Assembly (NCBI GenBank): GCA_016926765.1 | Contig: JAFGNY010000234.1 | Location: 1-30,412 of the forward strand | Length of the DNA stretch: 30,412 nucleotides | Reading direction: 5' to 3' | Source: Bacteroidales bacterium | GTDB taxonomy: Bacteria > Bacteroidota > Bacteroidia > Bacteroidales > FEN-979 | Shown here: positions 8,226 through 16,071 of the stretch, in pieces | How positions within the stretch are numbered: the first letter of the stretch is position 1 | Layout of the letters: every line of letters starts with the position of its first letter | Notes under the pieces: generated by a model | The model's input: only the letters and a program-made list of their open reading frames with translations | Databases searched by the model: none | Told to the model about the DNA's origin: nothing | Made by a program: the position numbers and the translations under genes

Positions 8226-9683
8226 ATGTTTCGATTAACCACACTCCCGATGGGCAAACTGTATTTAGCCATCAGCTTTTCACTCCTGTTAGCTTCCTCT
8301 TCTTTTTCTCAGAAAATCTGGACTCTGGAAGATTGTGTTGAGTATGCTCTTGAAAACAATCTCGACATACAGAAACAGATCCAGTCGGTAGAATCGAACC
8401 GGGTCACACTTTTACAAAGCGGCCTGAGTATGTTGCCCAACCTCAATTTCAATGCTTCCAATATCTGGAACACGGGGCAAACCATTGACCAGTATACCAA
8501 TACATTTGCCACTACCACGGTACGGTCCAACAACTTCAGTGTCTCCAGTAATGTGACTCTTTTCAACGGATTACAAAAATTCAATTCCCTGAAGCGAAAT
8601 CAAATTGAATTAATGGCCAGCCGTTACGACCTTGATGTCATTAAAAACGATATTTCTCTGGCGGTTGCAGGTTATTATCTGGATATTCTCTTCAACAAAG
8701 AGATCCTTGATGTCACCGAAAGCCAGTTAACCATCACTACCGAGCAGGTTGAACGGGTAAGGAAGATGGTGGAAGCAGGTGCTGCTGCCCAGGGAGATCT
8801 GTTGAATATCCAGGCCCAGGCCTCCACCGAAGAACTGAATACCGTCGAGGCCAGAAACAGGCTGAATATCTCTTACCTTTCCCTTCAGCAACTCATTGAC
8901 CTCACCATTTCCAGTGATTTTGACATCGAAAAACCACGACTGAAAGAGGTAGCCCCTCCGAAAGAGATGATTACTGCGGAGACGATCTATGGGCATGCCT
9001 TGACAACCCGCCCGGAAATAAAAAGCGCTGAACTGAGGATTGAGAGCGCAAATAAATCCCTTGCGATAGCCCGCGGGGGGCAATCACCCAGCCTGACCTT
9101 TGGCGGCTCCTATGCCACCGGCTATTCAGGCGCAGCCAAAACGATTGATCCCAACATTCCTCCCGTCATCACTACCTATCCGATAGGGATTACCCAACTC
9201 ACACATGATACTGTTCTGGGGTATCAATCGACCTATTCCTATAAAACAAAGTCTTTTTCTGATCAGTGGAACGACAACGATAATCTCTCTCTTGGATTCA
9301 ACCTCTATATTCCCATCTTTAATGGCTGGCAGGTACGCTCCTCGATTACCCAGGCGAAAATCCAGCGAAATATTGCGGAGCTGGACCTGGAACAGAGGAA
9401 AAGGACACTGCAGAAGACTATTGAGCAGGCTTACGCCGATGCCGTTGCCGCTCTCCAGAAATACACTTCTGCCCACCAGAAAGTGCAGGCCCAGGAAGAG
9501 TCTTTCAAATACACTGAACAGAAATTTGATGTTGGAATGGTCACATCCTACGATTACAACAACAGCAAAAAAGATCTGACAAGTGCACAGTCTGAGTTAT
9601 TACAGGCTAAATACGATTTTATATTTAAAACCACGATACTTGACTTTTACATGGGAAATCCAATCCGTATCAGTCAGAATTAA
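8226..9683 (+). CDS. TolC family outer-membrane efflux protein
   Basis: Signal peptide, WTLEDCVEYALENN, RPEIKSAE, LYIPIFNG, AKYDFIFK..ILDFY.G. Confidence 0.92.
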   Translation: MFRLTTLPMGKLYLAISFSLLLASSSFSQKIWTLEDCVEYALENNLDIQKQIQSVESNRVTLLQSGLSMLPNLNFNASNIWNTGQTIDQYTNTFATTTVRSNNFSVSSNVTLFNGLQKFNSLKRNQIELMASRYDLDVIKNDISLAVAGYYLDILFNKEILDVTESQLTITTEQVERVRKMVEAGAAAQGDLLNIQAQASTEELNTVEARNRLNISYLSLQQLIDLTISSDFDIEKPRLKEVAPPKEMITAETIYGHALTTRPEIKSAELRIESANKSLAIARGGQSPSLTFGGSYATGYSGAAKTIDPNIPPVITTYPIGITQLTHDTVLGYQSTYSYKTKSFSDQWNDNDNLSLGFNLYIPIFNGWQVRSSITQAKIQRNIAELDLEQRKRTLQKTIEQAYADAVAALQKYTSAHQKVQAQEESFKYTEQKFDVGMVTSYDYNNSKKDLTSAQSELLQAKYDFIFKTTILDFYMGNPIRISQN

Positions 9684-9694
9684 ACTTTAACTCC

Positions 9695-11071
9695 ATGGCT
9701 TCTAAAAAATCAAAGAAAAAACTCTGGATTATTATTGCCTCCGTGGCTGTTCTTGCCATTATCATTATCCTGGCCACGATCAAAGGCGGGAAAAATGATG
9801 GGATCAAAGTCTCTGTTGAACTCGTTGCGAAGAGAACGATTGTTCAGACTGTCTCTTCCAACGGAAAGATCCAGCCTGAAACAGATGTGAAGATATCTCC
9901 CTATATCTCCGGTGAAGTGGTTGAACTCTATGTAAAAGAGGGTGACGAAGTCAAGAAGGGGGAACTCCTGGCAAAGATCGACCCGGAGATCTATATTTCA
10001 CAATACGACCAGAGTGTTGCTTCGGTAAATACCCAGAAAGCCAATGAATCGAATTCTGTTGCCCGGCTGGCCCAAATGGAGGCACAGTTTGAAAATGCCC
10101 GGCTGAATTTCGAGCGGCAACAGAAGTTATTTGATCAAAACGTGATCTCTAAAGCAGATTTTGACCAGGCGAAAGCAAATTTTGAGGTGGCAAAGGCGCA
10201 GGTCACCTCCGCCAACCAGGATGTGAAAGCTTCGGCGTTTATGGTTAAAAGTTCGGAAGCTGCACTGAAACGGGCCACGGATGACCTGACCCGGACAGCC
10301 ATCTTCGCACCGAACGACGGAACGGTATCCAAGCTGAATGTCCTGAAAGGGGAGCGCGTTACCGGAGCCTCACAGTTTTCAAGTGGTACTGAAATCATGC
10401 GGCTGGCTAACCTTAACGAGATGGAAGCCCAGGTAGAGGTGAATGAAAACGATATCATCCGGGTAAACCTCGGCGATACTGCATTGATTGAAATAGATGC
10501 CTACCTCAACCGCAAATTCAAAGGAATCGTTACTGAAATCGCTACATCTGCCAATACTACCGGTGTCAGTGTCGACCAGGTAACCAACTTCAATGTCAAG
10601 ATTCACCTGCTGAAAGAGTCGTATGAAGATTTGCTTGACCCTGAAAAACCCTTTTTCAGTCCGTTCCGCCCCGGGATGTCCTGTACAGTGGAAATCCAAA
10701 CGGAAACAGCCTATCATGTGCTAACGGTGCCTATCCAGGCTGTAACTACCCGGGTATCACAGGATACGCTGGATAAACTGAATGCACAAAATGTGGAGAC
10801 GGAGCAACACGATGACCGTGAAATTGAGCGTGTGACAACAAAAAAGACTGAAGAGATCCAGGAATGCGTGTTCATTTTTGACGATGGGATTGCCGGAAAA
10901 CGCGATGTCAAAACAGGGATCCAGGACAACACCTATATTGAGATCAAAGAGGGCCTTTCCGACAGCCTGGAGGTGATCACTGCCCCTTATTCGGTCGTAT
11001 CAAAAACCCTTAAAGATGGCGACAAAGTGAAAAAAGTTGACCGGAAGGATCTTTTTAGCGCAAGCAAATAA
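9695..11071 (+). CDS. Efflux periplasmic adaptor (MFP, HlyD/MacA-like)
   Basis: N-terminal TM anchor, GKIQPE..V.ISP.ISGEV..L.VKEGD.VKKG lipoyl half-motif, I.AP.DGTV, FRPGMS. Confidence 0.92.
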   Translation: MASKKSKKKLWIIIASVAVLAIIIILATIKGGKNDGIKVSVELVAKRTIVQTVSSNGKIQPETDVKISPYISGEVVELYVKEGDEVKKGELLAKIDPEIYISQYDQSVASVNTQKANESNSVARLAQMEAQFENARLNFERQQKLFDQNVISKADFDQAKANFEVAKAQVTSANQDVKASAFMVKSSEAALKRATDDLTRTAIFAPNDGTVSKLNVLKGERVTGASQFSSGTEIMRLANLNEMEAQVEVNENDIIRVNLGDTALIEIDAYLNRKFKGIVTEIATSANTTGVSVDQVTNFNVKIHLLKESYEDLLDPEKPFFSPFRPGMSCTVEIQTETAYHVLTVPIQAVTTRVSQDTLDKLNAQNVETEQHDDREIERVTTKKTEEIQECVFIFDDGIAGKRDVKTGIQDNTYIEIKEGLSDSLEVITAPYSVVSKTLKDGDKVKKVDRKDLFSASK

Positions 11072-11835
11072 TGTCACTTATCCTGGCTCTTGAAACAGCC
11101 ACTCCCGTTTGTTCTGTTGCTCTCGCCCGTGATGGAGAGGTTCTCTCCCTTTCTGAGTCGGCCATCCCAAACGGACACGCAGGGATGATAACACTACTGA
11201 TTGAGAAACTCTTTTCGGAATCCTCGTTGCACTATACCGATCTCGACGCCATTGCGGTGAGTATGGGACCGGGGTCTTATACTGGATTGCGTATTGGCGT
11301 GGCAACGGCAAAAGGTCTTTGCTATGCGCTGGACAAACCCCTGATTGCTATTCCGACGTTGGAAGCGATGACAGCCGGAATGAAACACTACCCCTCCCCC
11401 AGCCCCTCCCCAGTTGCTTCGCATTCGCTCGCAAGGGAGGGGTGTGACGGCCAACTGCCAACTGCCAACTGCCGACTGCTCTTCTGCCCGATGATCGATG
11501 CCCGGAGGATGGAGGTGTTTTGCGCGGTGTTTGATTCGGATCTCAAGGAGATTCGTTCAACCGATGCGGTGATTGTGGATGAGCATTCGTTTGAAGAGTT
11601 GCTGGATCAGCATCCGGTTCTTTTTGCCGGAAACGGATCCGGAAAATGCAAAGAGAAGTTATCCGGGAATCCGAATGCACTGTTTTTGGATCATTTTCAA
11701 CCTTCCGCAAAATTCCTGATCGAACTTGCAGAACAGAAGTTTCGTGAAAACAGGTTTGAAAACCTGGCCTACTTTGAACCCTTCTACCTGAAAGATTTCA
11801 TCGCCGGCAAACCAAAGGTCAAAGGTCTGAAGTAA
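11071..11835 (+). CDS. tsaB: tRNA t6A37 threonylcarbamoyltransferase complex subunit TsaB, with a repeat-derived insertion
   Basis: LALETATPVCSVAL, AVSMGPGSYTGLRIG, PMIDARRMEV, YFEPFYLK; start overlaps the MFP stop (TAATG). Confidence 0.95.
   Translation: MSLILALETATPVCSVALARDGEVLSLSESAIPNGHAGMITLLIEKLFSESSLHYTDLDAIAVSMGPGSYTGLRIGVATAKGLCYALDKPLIAIPTLEAMTAGMKHYPSPSPSPVASHSLAREGCDGQLPTANCRLLFCPMIDARRMEVFCAVFDSDLKEIRSTDAVIVDEHSFEELLDQHPVLFAGNGSGKCKEKLSGNPNALFLDHFQPSAKFLIELAEQKFRENRFENLAYFEPFYLKDFIAGKPKVKGLK
11391..11479 (+). repeat. In-frame hairpin + GCCAACT heptamer insertion in tsaB
   Basis: CCCCTCCC (11403-11410) pairs with GGGAGGGG (11435-11442); GCCAACT x3 + GCCGACT at 11450-11477. Confidence 0.88.
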
Positions 11836-11852
11836 AAGATAACAAAAACGAC

Positions 11853-11879
11853 CACTGCACCACAGCACTATGGCACTAT
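11853..11879. repeat. Degenerate 8-bp array between convergent tsaB and Omp28 genes
   Basis: CACTGCAC CACAGCAC TATGGCAC TAT. Confidence 0.45.
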
Positions 11880-11900
11880 ATCAACCTATCACCACAACGT

Positions 11901-13361
11901 TTATCTCAACAGTACGCAGCGTCTCGTCACGGTTGCATCCGGAGAGACGAGTCTGTAAAAATAGACCCCATCCGGCATCCGGACTCCGCCATCATTGAGG
12001 CCATTCCAGTAAACGCAGTGAGTGCCTTTTACCTGTACGCCATTCACCAGAGTTTTTACCTTCCCGCCGCTGAAGTTGAATACCTCGATCAGCACTGTTG
12101 AAGGTTTTGTGACAAGATAATCAATCCGCGTGGTGGAGCTGAACGGATTGGGATAGTTCATGGAGAGAGTACTTTTATCGGCCGGTTTTTGTTCTCCGAT
12201 TTCGGTATAAAGTCCTTCATTCACAGCAATCACAACATAATGGGTATCCACCTGGCTGACTATCATCAACTGATCATAGAGATAGACTGTCTCTCCTTCT
12301 ACAGGAAGCGGCAGGACTACATTCAGATCGACTGACTCTCCGGGATTAAGTGTATAGGGAAAGTCGGTAAAGGGCCAGGGATCAACCGACCAGGGGAAAG
12401 GAGAGGTGGTCAGTGATTCCTCTTGAACATAGATCAAATCCAGGCTGGCATCGGTTGGATTTCCAATCGATACGAGTTGGCCATCAATACATTGCTGGGG
12501 ATTGTCATATACCAGCGTGTCGGACGACAGTTCCACATCGGGCGTGATGTAGGTCGTATCCCCGGCATGACAGCCAATCCCGGTAATAACTTCCGTGGAA
12601 CTGTTATCCAGTACAAAAGCAAGTAACTCGCAATTCTCGATAATGTAGTCGGTGCCGGAATAGTCGTAGGTGAAAATTCTCCGGTAGAAGGTTCCGGCCG
12701 TGGCATCTGTGAGGATTGGGTCGCCCCATTGTCCCACAAAAGCCTCCCGGAAGGTATGTTTATGTGTGTATGGATAGGTTGCGCCTGCCTGATGTGAAAC
12801 AAGGTCATTCTCGGCCAGCGTGACCATCAGGTTGTGTTCGCCCGGGAAGTCCTCCGTATAGTAGATATCTACCACCACTGTGAGGATGCTGTTGGCTTCA
12901 TCGTAGCTTGTAGCCATCCCCACATTCATGGGAGAGGGTTCTGCCAGGATGGTGCTGGTATGGGCAGGCCAGCTCGTCCGGCTCATCAACCGCTCAGGGG
13001 GAGTCCAAACACGACGCTGGATAAAGGCGCTTGGCATAAACCTGCTGGTTCCGCAATAAGGGGTCATATACAGACTGTCTGGAAAGTGTCGGCGAAAATC
13101 CGGATCTCCGGCAGTAGGGGTAGTATAACTCGAATTATAAGGATGATAAGCCACACAGAAGGCTCTTCCCGGATGATCGGCAAGAATCTGCGCCATCACC
13201 TGGTGTCCGGCCGGACAGTTAGGGCAGTTTACTCCTGTGAACTCTTCCAGGATAGCATTCTTATCCAGAGGTTCTATCGGCACATAATGCTGTGCTAACA
13301 TCAGGCAGGGAATCAATAATCCAGCGATCCCCAGGCTTACAGATCGGCAAAATGTTTTCAT
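11901..13361 (-). CDS. Omp28-related thioredoxin-like protein with T9SS type A / FlgD-Ig C-terminal domain
   Basis: ILEEFTG..CPNCP CxxC motif; C-terminal NYPNPF.S.T.I.Y...GVYFYRL. Start moved from 13436 to ATG 13361, which opens a signal peptide (MKTFCRSVSLGIAGLLIPCLMLAQ). Confidence 0.85.
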   Translation of the reverse strand: MKTFCRSVSLGIAGLLIPCLMLAQHYVPIEPLDKNAILEEFTGVNCPNCPAGHQVMAQILADHPGRAFCVAYHPYNSSYTTPTAGDPDFRRHFPDSLYMTPYCGTSRFMPSAFIQRRVWTPPERLMSRTSWPAHTSTILAEPSPMNVGMATSYDEANSILTVVVDIYYTEDFPGEHNLMVTLAENDLVSHQAGATYPYTHKHTFREAFVGQWGDPILTDATAGTFYRRIFTYDYSGTDYIIENCELLAFVLDNSSTEVITGIGCHAGDTTYITPDVELSSDTLVYDNPQQCIDGQLVSIGNPTDASLDLIYVQEESLTTSPFPWSVDPWPFTDFPYTLNPGESVDLNVVLPLPVEGETVYLYDQLMIVSQVDTHYVVIAVNEGLYTEIGEQKPADKSTLSMNYPNPFSSTTRIDYLVTKPSTVLIEVFNFSGGKVKTLVNGVQVKGTHCVYWNGLNDGGVRMPDGVYFYRLVSPDATVTRRCVLLR

Positions 13362-13494
13362 GCTTGTACTATTTTGTTGCTGATTGATTGGAGAGATAAA
13401 AATACATATTCTTTTTATATTCTCGATTGTTTTCATGAAGAGACTCTTTTTCGGGATGATTTTTCTAATTTAGCCAGGCAATTATTCCCTGAAT

Positions 13495-14676
13495 ATGGCT
13501 GAAACAAATCACTATAAGGCTCCTGACCACTATCTGGTTGATGATCTGCTCACGGATGAGCACAAGATCGTGAGAAATGCCGTTCGAGATTGGGTTAACC
13601 GGCATGTGAAACCTATCATTGAAGTACAATATGAAAAAGCTCAATTCCCCATACATCTGATCCGTGAAATGGGGCAGATCGGCGCCTTTGGTCCATTTAT
13701 TCCCGAAGGGTACGGCGGCCCGGGTCTCGACTATATCTCCTATGGGCTGATCATGCAGGAACTTGAGCGGGGCGATTCCGGGATCCGTTCCATGGCATCG
13801 GTCCAGTCGTCGCTGGTTATGTATCCGATTTTTTCATACGGATCTGAAGAACAAAAGAGGAAATACCTGCCCTCCCTGGCGACAGGAGAGCTGATTGGTT
13901 GTTTCGGGCTCACCGAACCCGACCACGGGTCCGATCCCGGAAGCATGAAAACCCATGTAAAAGAGATGGACGATCATTTCCTTTTAAATGGCTCCAAGAT
14001 GTGGATCACCAATTCCAGCATTGCCGATGTGGCGGTGGTTTGGGCAAAAGATGAGGCCGGCGTGATCAGGGGGTTCATCGTGGAAAAGGGCTGGGAAGGA
14101 TTCACTGCGCCCGAGATCCATGGTAAGTGGTCGCTGCGGGCTTCCGTGACCGGTGAACTCGTATTTGACAACGTGAAAGTTCCGAAAGATCATATCCTGC
14201 CTAACGTGGAAGGGTTGAGAGGCCCTCTGAGCTGCCTCAACTCTGCCCGCTTCGGTATCGCCTGGGGTGCAATCGGAGCAGCTATGGATTGCTATGATGC
14301 AGCTGTAAGGTATTCTCTCGAACGGATTCAGTTCGACAAACCAATCGGAGGATTCCAGCTTCAGCAGAAGAAACTGGCGGAGGCTTTGACTGAGATCACC
14401 AAAGCCCAGTTGCTTGCCTGGCGAATGGGAGTCCTTCGCAACGAAGGCCGTGTCACAGCAGCACAGATATCGATGGCCAAACGGAACAATGTCGCTATGG
14501 CCCTCACTATCGCCAGGGAGTTGCGCCAGGTTCTCGGTGCCATGGGAATTACCAATGATTTCCCGATGATGCGCCATATGATGAACCTCGAATCGGTAAT
14601 CACGTATGAAGGAACTCACGACATTCACCTGCTGATTACGGGAGCGGAGATAACCGGGATTCAGGCTTATAAATAG
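13495..14676 (+). CDS. gcdH: Acyl-CoA dehydrogenase, glutaryl-CoA dehydrogenase-like
   Basis: GCFGLTEPDHGSDPGSM, LNGSKMWITNS, RYSLERIQFDKPI, ESVITYEGTHDIH (GCDH-type catalytic Glu). Substrate assignment is less certain than the family. Confidence 0.85.
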   Translation: MAETNHYKAPDHYLVDDLLTDEHKIVRNAVRDWVNRHVKPIIEVQYEKAQFPIHLIREMGQIGAFGPFIPEGYGGPGLDYISYGLIMQELERGDSGIRSMASVQSSLVMYPIFSYGSEEQKRKYLPSLATGELIGCFGLTEPDHGSDPGSMKTHVKEMDDHFLLNGSKMWITNSSIADVAVVWAKDEAGVIRGFIVEKGWEGFTAPEIHGKWSLRASVTGELVFDNVKVPKDHILPNVEGLRGPLSCLNSARFGIAWGAIGAAMDCYDAAVRYSLERIQFDKPIGGFQLQQKKLAEALTEITKAQLLAWRMGVLRNEGRVTAAQISMAKRNNVAMALTIARELRQVLGAMGITNDFPMMRHMMNLESVITYEGTHDIHLLITGAEITGIQAYK

Positions 14677-14702
14677 CGAAATAGCGAAATAGCGAAATAG
14701 TG
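14671..14702 (+). repeat. AAATAGCG 8-bp tandem array overlapping the ACAD stop
   Basis: AAATAGCG x3 + AAATAGTG; the first TAG (14674-14676) is the gene's stop. Confidence 0.9.
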
Positions 14703-14744
14703 ACTTGGTTTACTGGCAATCCATAGCAATCATTGACAAAGTAT

Positions 14745-14752
14745 TACCTTTG
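14745..14752 (+). promoter_or_regulatory. Bacteroidota -7 box upstream of ispG
   Basis: TACCTTTG; it overlaps the track's GTG start at 14752, favouring ATG 14773. Confidence 0.6.
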
Positions 14753-14772
14753 TGCCTGTCGAGAATTTTCTG

Positions 14773-16071
14773 ATGTCTGAACACCCCTTCCGACGTTTTC
14801 CCACACGTGTGGTCCCCATTGGCAACTTGCCCATGGGAGGCTCTTATCCTATCCGGGTACAGTCGATGACCAACACCGACACACAGGATACTGAGGGAAC
14901 TGTAGCACAGGCAATCCGGATGATTGAAGCCGGATGTGAATATGTCCGGATCTCCGTACCGGGAATGAAAGATGTGGAAACCCTTCGGAAAATCAAGAAG
15001 GAGATCCGGGATGCCGGATTCACTGCCCCGTTGATTGCCGACGTCCATTTCAAACCGAAAATCGCTGAAATCGCTGCCACGATCGTGGAAAAGGTGAGGA
15101 TCAACCCTGGAAACTACGTTTCAGGGTCAAGGGTCAAGGTTCAAGGGTCAAGGATGAAGGGTCCTGCAGGGACGAGGCATGCCTTGTCCGAGGGCCAAGG
15201 GTCAAGGATGAGCGAAACGAAATCCGGCATCCGGCATCCGGAATCCGGCATCCAGCATCCGGCATCCGGCATCCGGAATCCGGCATCTGACCAGCATTAT
15301 TTCGACGAAATCTCCACCCGACTGACTCCTTTGCTTAAAATCTGTAAGGATCATGGGACAGCAATCCGCATCGGCGTAAACCACGGCTCGCTTTCCGAAC
15401 GAATCATGGATCGGTTTGGAGATACACCGGAGGGGATGGTAGAGTCGGCACTGGAGTTCGCCCGAATCTGTGAAGAGCACGGTTTCCGAAACCTGGTATT
15501 GTCGCTCAAATCCTCCAACACCCGCGTGATGATCCTTGCCAACCGTTTGCTTGTGGAACGAATGAAAGAAGAAAGCATGGATTATCCCTTGCACCTGGGT
15601 GTTACCGAAGCAGGCGCAGGGGAAGACGGGCGGTTGAAATCTGCCGTGGGGATCGGCAGCCTGCTGGCCGACGGGATCGGTGATACAATCCGGGTTTCGA
15701 TCACTGAAGACCCGGAACACGAGATCCCGGTTGCTTACGGAATCCTCCAGGCCACAGGTGTCAGGATCACTCGCACCGAATACATCTCCTGCCCCTCCTG
15801 TGCCCGGACTCTTTTCGATATCCAGAAATCGGTTCAAACGATCAAGGAACGAACCGGACATCTTACCGGATTAAAAATCGCCGTCATGGGTTGTATCGTG
15901 AATGGTCCGGGTGAAATGGCTGATGCACATTATGGATATGTGGGCGCCGGAAAAGGAAAAGTCAACCTTTACAAAGGGCAGACTTTGGTCAAGAAAAATG
16001 TGGATGAATCGGTTGCCGTGGAAGCCTTGATTCACCTGATCAAAGAAAACGGGGAGTGGATAGAACTTTAA
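14773..16071 (+). CDS. ispG: (E)-4-hydroxy-3-methylbut-2-enyl-diphosphate synthase (flavodoxin), with a repeat-derived insertion
   Basis: PIRVQSMTNT, PLIADVHF, RINPGN, RIGVNHGSL, PLHLGVTEAG, GDTIRVS, CPSC...MGCIVNGPGE [4Fe-4S] ligands. Confidence 0.96.
   Translation: MSEHPFRRFPTRVVPIGNLPMGGSYPIRVQSMTNTDTQDTEGTVAQAIRMIEAGCEYVRISVPGMKDVETLRKIKKEIRDAGFTAPLIADVHFKPKIAEIAATIVEKVRINPGNYVSGSRVKVQGSRMKGPAGTRHALSEGQGSRMSETKSGIRHPESGIQHPASGIRNPASDQHYFDEISTRLTPLLKICKDHGTAIRIGVNHGSLSERIMDRFGDTPEGMVESALEFARICEEHGFRNLVLSLKSSNTRVMILANRLLVERMKEESMDYPLHLGVTEAGAGEDGRLKSAVGIGSLLADGIGDTIRVSITEDPEHEIPVAYGILQATGVRITRTEYISCPSCARTLFDIQKSVQTIKERTGHLTGLKIAVMGCIVNGPGEMADAHYGYVGAGKGKVNLYKGQTLVKKNVDESVAVEALIHLIKENGEWIEL
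15121..15290 (+). repeat. In-frame composite insertion in ispG: AGGGTCA array, REP palindrome, (C/A)ATCCGG array
   Basis: 6 AGGGTCA-like units at 15123-15164; GGACGAGGCATGCCTTGTCC at 15170-15189; 3 more units at 15191-15211; 10 (C/A)ATCCGG-like units at 15221-15290. Confidence 0.93.

Noticed and set aside
10750-10860. Acidic insertion near the MFP C-terminus
   Set aside because: No tandem or palindromic DNA structure; charged insertions here seem common in Bacteroidota adaptors.
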